From NCBI GenBank assembly GCA_902634185.1, contig CACPJC010000001.1, forward strand, positions 32,001 to 96,000: 64,000 bases of DNA, written 5' to 3'. Position 1 is the first letter of the stretch; every line of letters starts with the position of its first letter. Below, in pieces: positions 28,983 to 39,500 of this stretch. The notes under the pieces are model-generated. The model was not told where the DNA came from. It searched no databases and worked only from the letters and a program-made list of their open reading frames with translations. Source of the DNA: an uncultured Candidatus Actinomarina sp. GTDB taxonomy: Bacteria > Actinomycetota > Acidimicrobiia > Actinomarinales > Actinomarinaceae. The translations under genes were made by a program, and so were the position numbers.

Positions 28983-29221
28983 TGGAGATTATCCTTATTG
29001 CTTTAGTGATAACAATATATTTAATTAATTTTTCAAAAAATATAACTCCAGATACGAAGATAAAAAATACAAAAATAAAACAAAGACCTAAACCAAGGAC
29101 TTATAGACCAGGTCAATTAAAAAAGAAGCTCATAATAAGTCAAGAAAGCAAAGTTGAACCAATTACTTGGGAATCATTTGTTTTTTTGAATACTGTGGGT
29201 CCGAAAATCGTAAAGAAGTAA
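28982..29221 (+). CDS. Small hypothetical protein with N-terminal hydrophobic anchor and basic tail
   Basis: Overlaps the nrtR stop (TAATG); MEIILIALVITIYLINF followed by a Lys/Arg-rich region. Confidence 0.55.
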   Translation: MEIILIALVITIYLINFSKNITPDTKIKNTKIKQRPKPRTYRPGQLKKKLIISQESKVEPITWESFVFLNTVGPKIVKK

Positions 29222-29231
29222 GGTGTTGTAA

Positions 29232-31751
29232 ATGACTGAAGAAGAGAAATTGACTAACCAAAAAATTAGAGAGTTTAGAAAGCGAATCTGTGATAGAGAG
29301 AATATACGGTTAATGAAGTTGTTAAATAATATAGATATTAAGAATATTTCTACAAAACCTTGGCCTACATCAGAAGAGGATTTGATATCAAAGATAGAAA
29401 ATTTAGAAATTATAAAACAGTTTTGGAATGAATTTCTACAAGAACTATCAGAAATATATGGTTATCAAATAAGTGGATCAAGCGACATCATACAAAACTT
29501 TGTTGAGGACTTAGATATTGATCAGGCTTCAGAATCAGAGGAAAAAATAAATTTAGAACTTGAAGGTTCTCCTGAGTTTTTAGAAGAAGATCTAGAGGAT
29601 ATTGATTATTCAGGAGAGATAGGTTTTGTTAATGATGAAACTATTACAGATGAATATGAATTTGAACCTATTAAGAAAATTTATAGCGGCAACATTGATA
29701 TCGACACAAAAAACGCAAGATATTTTAATATTTTTAGTTCTATTTTTTTCGTAAAAATATGGTGGAAACTTTGGAAGGAAAAAGCTTTCTTTAATGAATT
29801 TAGTAAAGACTACCCGCTCACAAAACAGCAAAAAGTTTCTGTATTGTCTAATGAAAATAGAAACTTAGTTGTAGCTGGTGCTGGCACAGGCAAAACACAT
29901 CTAATGATCGCCAAAGCTGGTTATCTTTTGAAGAAAATGGGGATAAAAGAACAGGATATTTTGCTGTTGGCTTTTAATAACGATGCAGCTGAACAGCTGA
30001 GAAATCGCGGTAAAGAGAGGTTGGATGCTAATTTACATGCATATACATTCCACTCATATGGAAACAAGCTAAGCAAAAGTTTAAGCCCAAATAAAAATTT
30101 AAACCCTGATGAAGAAGATCAGAAAATTAAAAAACCTAAGTGGATACAAACAACTCTTGATACTTTACCTCTAGATCATCCAATAATGAAAAAAGTTCTC
30201 CGTTATTTTTCTGAGTATTTAGTACCACCACCCTCACCAAATATGGACTACAAATCTCTGAATGAATATCAATCGTATGTTAAAAATATAGAGAAACGTT
30301 CTCTTTCTGGAGATAAAGTAAAAAGCTATGGTGAATTGTTAATTGCTAACTTTTTAACAATAAATGGTATTGACTTCGAATATGAGGCAAAATTTAATTC
30401 CGAGAACATTAGATATACTTACAGGCCCGATTTCACGATATACAAAGACAGGGAAAGATCTGAAGAAATAGTTGTAGAGTTTTTCGGGATTGATAGAGAT
30501 GGAAATGTTAAACCAGGGATTTTGCCTGATAGATATAAGAATCTTACAACAAAAAAAATAGAGCTCCATAAAAATGAAAAAACCGACTTTATCGATTTGT
30601 ACTACTACGAACAGCAAGAGGGGTTATTATTGAAAAAACTTGAAACGGAACTTAAAAATAGAGGAGTTACTTTCAAGAAATTGGACGATGAAGAGTTGTT
30701 AAAGCGTTTTAACGATAGTCAATATTTCACCATCTTTTCCCAGCTGTGTAGTGAGTTTCTTGAGCAATACAAATCTAACCAACACAACATCAAAGATTTA
30801 TTGATTAAGGCTGAGGAAGATGAAAGAAGTATCGCATTTCTACATATCTTTGAATGGATTAAAAATCAATACAATGCCTATTTGGATTCAAATGATCTTA
30901 AAGACTTTTCTGACATGATAAACGATGGTACAAAAGCTTTGTTGGAAGCTAAGTATCAAACTGAGTGGAAATGGATCATTGTTGATGAGTTTCAAGATAT
31001 CTCTGCAGGAAGACTTAGGTTTATTAATGCGATATTGGAACAAAATCCTGATGCAAAACTTATGGTAGTTGGAGATGATTGGCAGTCTATATATAGATTT
31101 GCAGGTAGTGATATTAATTTAGTAACTAAATTCGAAAAATATTTTGGAAGATCTGTTGAATTTAAATTAACAAAATCTTTCAGGTTTAACAGTCAGATAA
31201 AAGATTTAAGTCAAAAGTTTATCCAAGCAAATCCAATGCAGAAAAGAAAAAATATAACTGTTGATCGTACAGTTGAACCATATAGGAATTGGGTTCACTG
31301 GTCAGACCAAGGTCTTATTCCAGAAAAGAGAAGTAAGAAAATTGTAGAGATTGTTAAGAAAATGAAAGAAGAATTAAAACTTCAAGGAGAGTTGCTTATT
31401 TTGGCAAGATACAATCATAATCTACCTAAAGGTCCTCAATTAAAAGAAATTGGTGAGGTATGGGGTGAGAACTTTAGATATATGACTGTACATAGAGCTA
31501 AGGGACAAGAGGCTGATTATGTTTTGTTGGTTGATTTGATTTCAGGGGTTTTTGGTTTTCCAGCAATACAATCTGAAGATCCTATTTTAAATCTAGTATT
31601 AGCTTCTGCAGGGCCTGAAGATTTATTAATGTATGGAGAAGAAAGAAGACTTCTCTATGTTGCAATGACAAGAGCCCGAGAAGAATTTCATGTTATATCA
31701 GATGTCCCACAACCATCTATATTTGTAAACGAGATTTTAGAGTATGAGTAA
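29232..31751 (+). CDS. UvrD/helicase IV (HelD)-like SF1A helicase with an inserted nuclease-like domain
   Basis: VAGAGTGKT, TFHS, VDEFQD, VGDDWQSIYRFAG, TVHRAKGQEAD, EERRLLYVAMTRA; insert KSYGELLIANFL..FEYE..YRPDF..VEFFG. Confidence 0.88.
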   Translation: MTEEEKLTNQKIREFRKRICDRENIRLMKLLNNIDIKNISTKPWPTSEEDLISKIENLEIIKQFWNEFLQELSEIYGYQISGSSDIIQNFVEDLDIDQASESEEKINLELEGSPEFLEEDLEDIDYSGEIGFVNDETITDEYEFEPIKKIYSGNIDIDTKNARYFNIFSSIFFVKIWWKLWKEKAFFNEFSKDYPLTKQQKVSVLSNENRNLVVAGAGTGKTHLMIAKAGYLLKKMGIKEQDILLLAFNNDAAEQLRNRGKERLDANLHAYTFHSYGNKLSKSLSPNKNLNPDEEDQKIKKPKWIQTTLDTLPLDHPIMKKVLRYFSEYLVPPPSPNMDYKSLNEYQSYVKNIEKRSLSGDKVKSYGELLIANFLTINGIDFEYEAKFNSENIRYTYRPDFTIYKDRERSEEIVVEFFGIDRDGNVKPGILPDRYKNLTTKKIELHKNEKTDFIDLYYYEQQEGLLLKKLETELKNRGVTFKKLDDEELLKRFNDSQYFTIFSQLCSEFLEQYKSNQHNIKDLLIKAEEDERSIAFLHIFEWIKNQYNAYLDSNDLKDFSDMINDGTKALLEAKYQTEWKWIIVDEFQDISAGRLRFINAILEQNPDAKLMVVGDDWQSIYRFAGSDINLVTKFEKYFGRSVEFKLTKSFRFNSQIKDLSQKFIQANPMQKRKNITVDRTVEPYRNWVHWSDQGLIPEKRSKKIVEIVKKMKEELKLQGELLILARYNHNLPKGPQLKEIGEVWGENFRYMTVHRAKGQEADYVLLVDLISGVFGFPAIQSEDPILNLVLASAGPEDLLMYGEERRLLYVAMTRAREEFHVISDVPQPSIFVNEILEYE

Positions 31752-32253
31752 CCGATTAGTTTCAGTTTGTCCATGTTGTTCAGAAAATGAACCAAAAAAA
31801 TGTCCTTCTTGTCATGATGGAAATATTAAAAAAGTTGATTTTGTTGAAAACATGTTTTTTTATGGTTGTTCAAATTATCCATTTTGTACTCATACTTACA
31901 AAGCATGTAACTATTGCAAAAAAGCTTTAAGTATTATTGACAGTAAAAAAAGTCTGTATTTATGTAGCGATGAAACCTGTAAAGGTAGCGTTGAAAAATG
32001 TAAAGTTGGTACAGGTTATTTGAGAAGGCTTGTAGGTCCAAATGGACCATTTTGGGGTTGCACTGATAATAGAGAAACTGATTGTAGTTCTATGAAACCA
32101 TACACTGATGAAAATGCAGAAACATGTCATCAATGCTCTGAAGGAAAAATTATAAAAAGTTGGAACAGAAGACAAAATAGACCTTTTTGGTCATGCAGTG
32201 AGTACTCAAATGGATGTAGATGGACTGAACCGTATGGAAACTCTTCTTCATAG
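31744..32253 (+). CDS. Stand-alone topoisomerase-I-type C4 Zn-ribbon repeat protein
   Basis: CPSC..FYGCSNYPFC; GPNGPFWGC; CHQC..FWSCSEYSNGCRWT. Confidence 0.8.
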   Translation: MSNRLVSVCPCCSENEPKKCPSCHDGNIKKVDFVENMFFYGCSNYPFCTHTYKACNYCKKALSIIDSKKSLYLCSDETCKGSVEKCKVGTGYLRRLVGPNGPFWGCTDNRETDCSSMKPYTDENAETCHQCSEGKIIKSWNRRQNRPFWSCSEYSNGCRWTEPYGNSSS

Positions 32254-32271
32254 CTATTAATATCTAAAATA

Positions 32272-33711
32272 ATGGCTAATTATTCAAAAGATCAGATAAA
32301 CGCAATTGAGAATTTTCAAGCATTCTTAGATCATGTTGCAAACGTCATGATTATTAAAGGAACTGCTGGTTCAGGAAAAACAACCCTTATTAAACAATTT
32401 TCCAAAATTTGCAAAGAACAGGGTTGGAGATTTATCCCTTTAGGTGTTTGGGGAAGGAGCTCAAGTGCTATTACCCAAATAACAGGGCTTCCTGCTGTCA
32501 CTGTGGCCAAATATATTAATGTTAATAAAAGAATAGAAAGCGGTGAAGAGGTCAAGCCTAATGGTGAGCCTTATGAAGACTTTAATGATTGGTTTAGAGC
32601 TCTTCATTTACGTCTTTTTTCAAGAGCAGTAGAAGCAATTCAAAAATTTTTTTCCAACGAAGAGGAGGAGTTGAAAGGAGATTTGCTAATTATAGATGAG
32701 GCTAGTTGCATTAATGATAGGGAGCTAGCAAATCTAACTGATCTCGCAATCAATAACTCAATGGATGACATAAAAATAGTATTTATAGGGGACGATTGTC
32801 AATTACCTCCTGTGGCACAGAGTGGAAACAAGAGCAATGGACTTGTCAAAGATTATATGGAGTCTGAGTTGGGACTTGTGTGTTATCCCGAAGTTGAATT
32901 AATTGAATCTCACAGAGCAGCCGAAGGTCCATTGTTTGAGTTAGGTCAAAAACTGAGACCTATGGCAAAATCAAATGGATCTGGTGAAGAGGCCAGAAGA
33001 AGTATTACAGGCAGCATAAATAATGAAGAAATCCTGGGTTATGGCGAAGATGCAATTAGAAAAGTTTGCAAAGAAGTATTTCAGGGCAGTCCAGATGATG
33101 TCATATTTATTACTGATAGCAATATGAGTTGTTTGGAGTGGGGAAGAAGACTCCGAAAAGAATATTTTTCTGATTCCTTTAGTGCCGTTGTTGTTGGAGA
33201 AAGGCTTCGATCTGATTCAAACGGATTAAAAGATGTGATATTAAAGGGTGACGAATTTGAAGTTTTAGAGATTTTAAATTCTGATGTTGGTGATTTTTAT
33301 ATCCTTAAAGTAAGAGAGGTGTCTAGAAGGCAAGAGTACTCAGGATGGAACATATTACAAAGATTAGATCAATTGTTTGATGTCTTTACACCCAATAGAG
33401 AATTTAATATTGCCGTTTATAAGCCAGTCTTTAAAGATGATGATGAAATGCTATCTAGGGGTTTGTGGAGAAAAGTTGAGGAAAAATGGGATGAGCTTGG
33501 TTGGGAGAATGAAGATGAAGGAAGAGTTGTTCAAGATATAACATGGTGCCGGTATTCATACACTTCAACTGTTTACTCTGCTCAGGGAGGCGAGTGGGAT
33601 ACAGTTGTTCTTAATGTTTCTCCACCAAGTCGTTCAACAAGTGATATTGCTCGATACTGGTATACAGCAGCTACTAGAGCAAAAAAACAATTACTAGTTA
33701 TGTTAGGTTAA
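32272..33711 (+). CDS. RecD/Dda-like SF1B helicase (AAA_30 + UvrD_C_2 type), divergent
   Basis: GTAGSGKTT, IIDEAS, IGDDCQLPPV, STVYSAQGGEW, WYTAATRAKKQL. Confidence 0.82.
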   Translation: MANYSKDQINAIENFQAFLDHVANVMIIKGTAGSGKTTLIKQFSKICKEQGWRFIPLGVWGRSSSAITQITGLPAVTVAKYINVNKRIESGEEVKPNGEPYEDFNDWFRALHLRLFSRAVEAIQKFFSNEEEELKGDLLIIDEASCINDRELANLTDLAINNSMDDIKIVFIGDDCQLPPVAQSGNKSNGLVKDYMESELGLVCYPEVELIESHRAAEGPLFELGQKLRPMAKSNGSGEEARRSITGSINNEEILGYGEDAIRKVCKEVFQGSPDDVIFITDSNMSCLEWGRRLRKEYFSDSFSAVVVGERLRSDSNGLKDVILKGDEFEVLEILNSDVGDFYILKVREVSRRQEYSGWNILQRLDQLFDVFTPNREFNIAVYKPVFKDDDEMLSRGLWRKVEEKWDELGWENEDEGRVVQDITWCRYSYTSTVYSAQGGEWDTVVLNVSPPSRSTSDIARYWYTAATRAKKQLLVMLG

Positions 33712-33793
33712 ACAGTTTCTCCAATCTTGAAGTTAAATGATAAAGGTTCAAGTTCAACATGCATACAGAAACCTACCTATTTAAAATAAGTTT

Positions 33794-35353
33794 ATGCCTA
33801 GAGAATCAAGTACAGACTTCAAACAGACTCTTTGGAAAACAGCAGACTCACTTCGTGCGCAAATGGATGCAGCCGAATACAAACACATTGTTCTAGGGCT
33901 TATATTCCTTAAATATATTTCAGACTCCTTTACAGAACAAAAAGAGAGAATTAAAGCATTAGTTACTGATCCAAAATCTGATTTCTTTATTTCAGAAAAT
34001 CTCTCAGATATCAATGAAAAAGACTTAGAAGACAGAGACTACTACACACAAGATAATGTATTTTGGGTACCAGAATCTGCAAGATGGGAGACACTAAGAG
34101 CACAGGGGAAACAATCAGATATTGGCGCGATTATTGATCGTGCAATGAGCGATATTGAGACAGAGAACAAATCACTGAAAGGAAAATTAGACAAACGTTT
34201 CGGAAGAACAGAGCTTGGTGCTGGTAAATTAGGAGAACTTATAGACCTTATCTCCACTATTGGATTTACAGAAGAACAAAATGCTGGAGATATGTTAGGT
34301 GAAGTCTATGAATACTTCCTAGGGCAGTTTGCTTCAGCTGAAGGTAAAAAAGGTGGACAGTTCTATACCCCACGTCATGTAGTAAAAACCTTAGTTGCTG
34401 TGCTCTCTCCACATAAAGGCAGAGTTTATGATCCATGTTGTGGATCAGGTGGAATGTTTATACAAAGCGAAGACTTTGTTACATCCCATGGTGGTAAACG
34501 AGATGATATCTCAATTTATGGACAAGAAAGCAATCCTACTACATGGAGACTTGCTGCAATGAACCTAGCTATAAGAGGTCTAGCTGCAGATTTAGGTAAA
34601 GAGCCAGGTGATACCTTTGGAAATGATCAACATCCAGATACAAAGTTTGATTATGTAATTGCAAACCCACCATTCAATATTTCTGACTGGGGTGGTGAAA
34701 AGTATGACGATGATCCTCGCTGGGTATATGGTAGACCTCCAGTTGGTAATGCGAACTATGCATGGCTACAACATATGTTATCGAAACTTGGTCCTGGTGG
34801 CCAAGCAGGAGTAGTGCTTGCTAATGGTTCTATGAGCTCAAATACTTCTGGAGAGGGTGAGATTAGAAAAGCTATGATTGAAGATGATGTTGTCGAAGTC
34901 ATGATTGCGCTTCCAGGACAATTATTCTTAAATACACAAATTCCAGTTTGTTTATGGTTTTTAACAAATGATAAAACTAAAAATGGAAGAAACAGAAAAA
35001 ACGAGACGCTTTTTATTGATGCTAGGAATCTTGGAACTATGGAAACAAGGGTACTCAAAGTTTTAACTGATGAAGATATAAGAAAAGTTCAAGATACCGT
35101 TTCTTCATGGAGAAGTGGAAAAGAATATAATGATGTTGAAGGGTATTGCATCAGTTCTACCACTGAAGAAATTAAAAATAAAGATTATATTTTAACTCCT
35201 GGAAGGTATGTTGGTTTTGCAAACAAAGAAGAAGATGGTGCTTCTTTTGATAATAAAATTAAATATTTATTGAATACTTTAAAAGAACAACAGGAAGAAT
35301 CGAAAAATTTAGACAAAAAAATAAATTTAATTAACAATCTGTTTGATGAGTAA
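33794..35353 (+). CDS. hsdM: Type I restriction-modification methyltransferase subunit (m6A)
   Basis: LWKTADSLR, GQFYTP, DPCCGSGG, ANPPFN. Confidence 0.97.
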   Translation: MPRESSTDFKQTLWKTADSLRAQMDAAEYKHIVLGLIFLKYISDSFTEQKERIKALVTDPKSDFFISENLSDINEKDLEDRDYYTQDNVFWVPESARWETLRAQGKQSDIGAIIDRAMSDIETENKSLKGKLDKRFGRTELGAGKLGELIDLISTIGFTEEQNAGDMLGEVYEYFLGQFASAEGKKGGQFYTPRHVVKTLVAVLSPHKGRVYDPCCGSGGMFIQSEDFVTSHGGKRDDISIYGQESNPTTWRLAAMNLAIRGLAADLGKEPGDTFGNDQHPDTKFDYVIANPPFNISDWGGEKYDDDPRWVYGRPPVGNANYAWLQHMLSKLGPGGQAGVVLANGSMSSNTSGEGEIRKAMIEDDVVEVMIALPGQLFLNTQIPVCLWFLTNDKTKNGRNRKNETLFIDARNLGTMETRVLKVLTDEDIRKVQDTVSSWRSGKEYNDVEGYCISSTTEEIKNKDYILTPGRYVGFANKEEDGASFDNKIKYLLNTLKEQQEESKNLDKKINLINNLFDE

Positions 35354-36575
35354 AAAAAATTTCAGGCTTTCAGAGATTATCAGTCTAATCGGAGGAGGAA
35401 CTCCCAAAAGGTCAATGAAAGAATATTGGAATGGGGATATACCTTGGTTAGTAGTTAGTGACTTTAATAATGACTCGAGATATGTTGAAAAGTCAAGTGA
35501 GAAAATTACACAGCTTGGCCTTGATAACAGTAGTACAAAATTACTCAAACCTGGAATGCTTATTATTTCAGCTAGAGGGACAGTTGGAAAGTTGGCTCAA
35601 TTAAATTCAGAGATGGCATTTAGTCAGTCTTGTTATGGAATCGACGCAAAGACAGAATTTACTAATAATGACTATCTATATTATCTCTTAAAAGTGAAAA
35701 TTAAAGAATTGCAGTCACTTGCTCATGGTTCAATTTTTGACACAATTATAAGATCGACTTTTGATAATATTTTTGTTGATATCCCCTCACATAAAGAACA
35801 AGAGCAGGTCGTAAGTATTTTAAGCAATCTTGATAAAAAAATAAAAAATAATGAAGAACAAAACAAAACTCTTGAACAAATTGCAAAAACACTCTTCAAA
35901 TCTTGGTTTATAGATTTTGATCCAGTAAGAGCAAAAGTAGAAGGAAGGCCTACAGGACTGTCAAAGGAAATAAGTGATCTATTTCCTTCTGAGTTGATTG
36001 ATTCAGAACTTGGGGAGGTTCCAAAAGGGTGGCATGCTACGGATCTGAAATCCGTAGCAAAAATTTCTGGTGGTAAGGTACTTGATAAGACAGAATTTGA
36101 CGAGTTAGGAGAGGTTCCGGTCTATGGAGGAAATGGAATTATGGGATGGACTAACAAATCAAACATCTCTGATTTTGCTATTTTATTCGGTCGTGTAGGA
36201 GCAAACTGTGGAAGCATTCACTGGGTCTATGAAACTGCTTGGGTAGGAAACAATGCCTCGTCTATTGTGCCGTTGAACCATGGTGAGTTTGTTTTACAAA
36301 CGCTTCTTATGAAGGATTTCGAGAATTTGCGATCTGGATCTGCTCAACCATTTATTTCAAATAGCGCTCTAGGTTCAATTCGCATCTTAATGCCGAGTGA
36401 TGATATTTTGGACCATTATTGTCGATTAATTCATAGTATTCGTCTTCGTCAGGTTTTAATTTCGAATGAAAACAAACTGCTATCTAAGTTAAGAGATACT
36501 CTGATGCCTAAACTCATTTCGGGTGAGTTGAAAATCCCAGATGCAGAGAGTCTTATTCAAGAGGCAAATATTTAA
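35346..36575 (+). CDS. hsdS: Type I RM specificity subunit
   Basis: Two TRDs, GGGTP, EQEQVVSILSNLDKKI, LFKSWFIDF..ELGEVPKGW, LRDTLMPKLISGE. Confidence 0.95.
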   Translation: MSKKNFRLSEIISLIGGGTPKRSMKEYWNGDIPWLVVSDFNNDSRYVEKSSEKITQLGLDNSSTKLLKPGMLIISARGTVGKLAQLNSEMAFSQSCYGIDAKTEFTNNDYLYYLLKVKIKELQSLAHGSIFDTIIRSTFDNIFVDIPSHKEQEQVVSILSNLDKKIKNNEEQNKTLEQIAKTLFKSWFIDFDPVRAKVEGRPTGLSKEISDLFPSELIDSELGEVPKGWHATDLKSVAKISGGKVLDKTEFDELGEVPVYGGNGIMGWTNKSNISDFAILFGRVGANCGSIHWVYETAWVGNNASSIVPLNHGEFVLQTLLMKDFENLRSGSAQPFISNSALGSIRILMPSDDILDHYCRLIHSIRLRQVLISNENKLLSKLRDTLMPKLISGELKIPDAESLIQEANI

Positions 36576-39500
36576 TGAATATAATCACTGAAGAGCAACT
36601 TGAACAATTATGCATTGATTGGTTTGTTGAACTTGGATATAAATACAAAGATGGTCATGATATTGCACCAGAAAGTAATAATCCTGAAAGAGATGATTTT
36701 AGAAAAGTTGTTCTTGAAGACAGACTGAAATCTTCTTTAATTAGAATAAATCCCGACATTCCGATAGAGACAATTAATAACGCTTCTTCTGAAATACTTA
36801 ACCCAAACCTACCTGGACTTCTGCAATCTAATCGTGAGATGCATAAATTGATGACAAAAGGATTAAAAATTACTTTTACTGAAGATAATCAAGAAGTTGG
36901 CAAGCAATTAAAACTTATTGATTATGACAATGTAGAAAATAATGATTGGTTAATTGTAAATCAGTTTGAAGTGCAGGGAGATCAGAGACTTCGAATTCCA
37001 GACGTTATAGTTTTTGTAAATGGACTTCCTCTAGGAGTAATTGAACTTAAAAACCCTGCAGATGAAAATACAGATATCTGGGCTGCATACAATCAACTTC
37101 AAACTTATAAAGATAATATTCCTGATCTATTTAATACCAATGGTGTACTGGTAATCTCTGATGGTATTCAAGCAAGAATGGGGTCATTGACAGCAAATCA
37201 AGAACGTTTTATGAGGTGGAGAACTATTGATGGTGAGACAGTTGATCCACTAGGAGAATATCAGGATCTAGAAACTTTAATAAAAGGTCTTTTTAATAAA
37301 GAAATATTTTTAAATTACATAAAATATTTTTGCATTTTTGAAGATGATAAATCAATTATTAAAAAAATTGCAGGATACCACCAGTATCATGCATCACAAA
37401 AAGCACTAGAAAATGTAGTAAAGGCATCAAAAGAAGACGGAGATAAAAAAGGTGGTGTCGTCTGGCATACACAGGGTGCTGGAAAAAGCTTAGAGATGAC
37501 CTGTCTTGCTGGACAACTACTTTCAGATATTCGACTTGGAAACCCAACCATAGTGATGGTTACAGATAGACAAGATTTAGATGGCCAACTCTTTGGTGTG
37601 TTTAATGATGCAGGAGATTTACTAGGTGAATCACCAAAACAAGCAAACTCCATCAAGGAATTAAAAGAACTGCTGTCAGATAGACCATCTGGTGGAATTA
37701 TTTTTACTACTATCCAGAAATTTAGATCAGAAAAAGATGAGGAGAGATTCTCTGTATTGACTGATAGACACAATGTTGTTGTGATGTGTGATGAAGCACA
37801 TAGAACGCAGTATGGTTTCAAAGGTGTAATTGACCAGAAAACAGGACAAATGAAATATGGACTAGCTCGAGCATTGAGAGATGCTTTACCAAACGCAACC
37901 TTTATAGCATTTACAGGAACCCCTATTTCTCAAGAAGACAGAGATACACAAGCAGTATTTGGAGAATATGTAGATGTCTATGATATTCAACAAGCAGTAG
38001 AGGATGGGGCAACTGTTCCAATTTATTATGAATCACGTCTTGCAAAAATTAAGCTTAATGAATCCAAAGCAACACTTATTGACGAAGAAGTAGAAGATAT
38101 TTTCGAAGACGGAATTGAAGATGATGAACAACAAGAGAAAGCAAAATCAAGATGGTCTCAGATAGAGGCTTTAGTTGGAGCTCAACCTAGATTAGAAGAA
38201 GTTTCAAAAGATCTAATTGAACATTATGAAACGCGATCAAAAACCCAACCAGGAAAAGCACTGGTTGTTGGCATGAGTAGAGATATCTGTGCAAGACTTT
38301 ATGATGAAATAATTAAGATAAGACCAGAGTGGCACAATGATGACAACAATAAAGGCTCTATAAAAGTAGTAATGACAGCATCAGCTGCAGATGAAAAACA
38401 TTTACAACCACACCATACTTCAAAACAGCAAAAAAAAGATTTAGAGAAAAGATTTAAAGACCCATCAGATGAATTAAAAATTGTAATTGTTAGAGATATG
38501 TGGTTAACAGGTTTTGATGCACCATGTTTAACAACCATGTATGTTGATAAGCCTATGAAGGGAGCTAACTTAGCCCAAGCTATAGCAAGAGTGAACAGAG
38601 TTTTTGCTGATAAACCAGGGGGCTTGATTGTTGATTATATAGGTATTGCACCTCAATTAAAAGAAGCTTTGGCAACATACAGTGCTGCAAAAGGTAAAGG
38701 TAGACCAACTGTAGATACAAGCGAAGCATTGAGAATATTAGAAGAAAAACTCATGGTGGCTAGAGACTTACTTCATCCAGTTGATTGGTCAGATTTTAAA
38801 AATAATGCTTTAAAACTTCTGCCAGAATGTATTGATCATGTTTTAGAACAAGAGGATGGAAGAAAAAGATACTGTGATACAGTACTAACCATTACAAAAT
38901 CATTTGCACTTTGTGGTGCTACTGATGAGGCAATGAAATTTTCAGAAGAAGTAGCATTTCATCAAGCTATTACGGCTCCCCTTATCAAGACTGAAAAGAA
39001 AGGTGGAAGAGGAGAATACAAGGATATAGATTTTGAGTTAAAACAATTAATTTCAGAATCCCTTGTTGTAGAAGATGTTGCAGATATTTTTAAAATTGCT
39101 GGTCTAGAAAAACTTGATATATCAATTCTTTCTGAGGAGTTTTTGAAAGAGGTACAAAAAATGCCTTATAAAGATTTAGCGGTAGAACTTTTACAAAGAC
39201 TTATTAATGATGAAGTTAAATCAAAGTTTAGAACCAACTTAGTTAAGCAAAGGAAATTTAGCGATCTGCTGACAAACTCATTAATTAAATATAACAATCG
39301 GTCTATTGAAGCTGCTCAGGTAATAGAAGAGCTAGTAGCTATGGCAAACGAATTTAAAAAAGACTTAGAGAAATCAAAAGAGCTAAATCTAAGTTCAGCG
39401 GAAAATGCTTTCTACGATGCACTCTCTAATAACAAATCTGCAGAGGAACTCATGGGAGAAGAAGTGCTTGTAAAAATTGCAGTAGAGATTGCAGAGAAGC

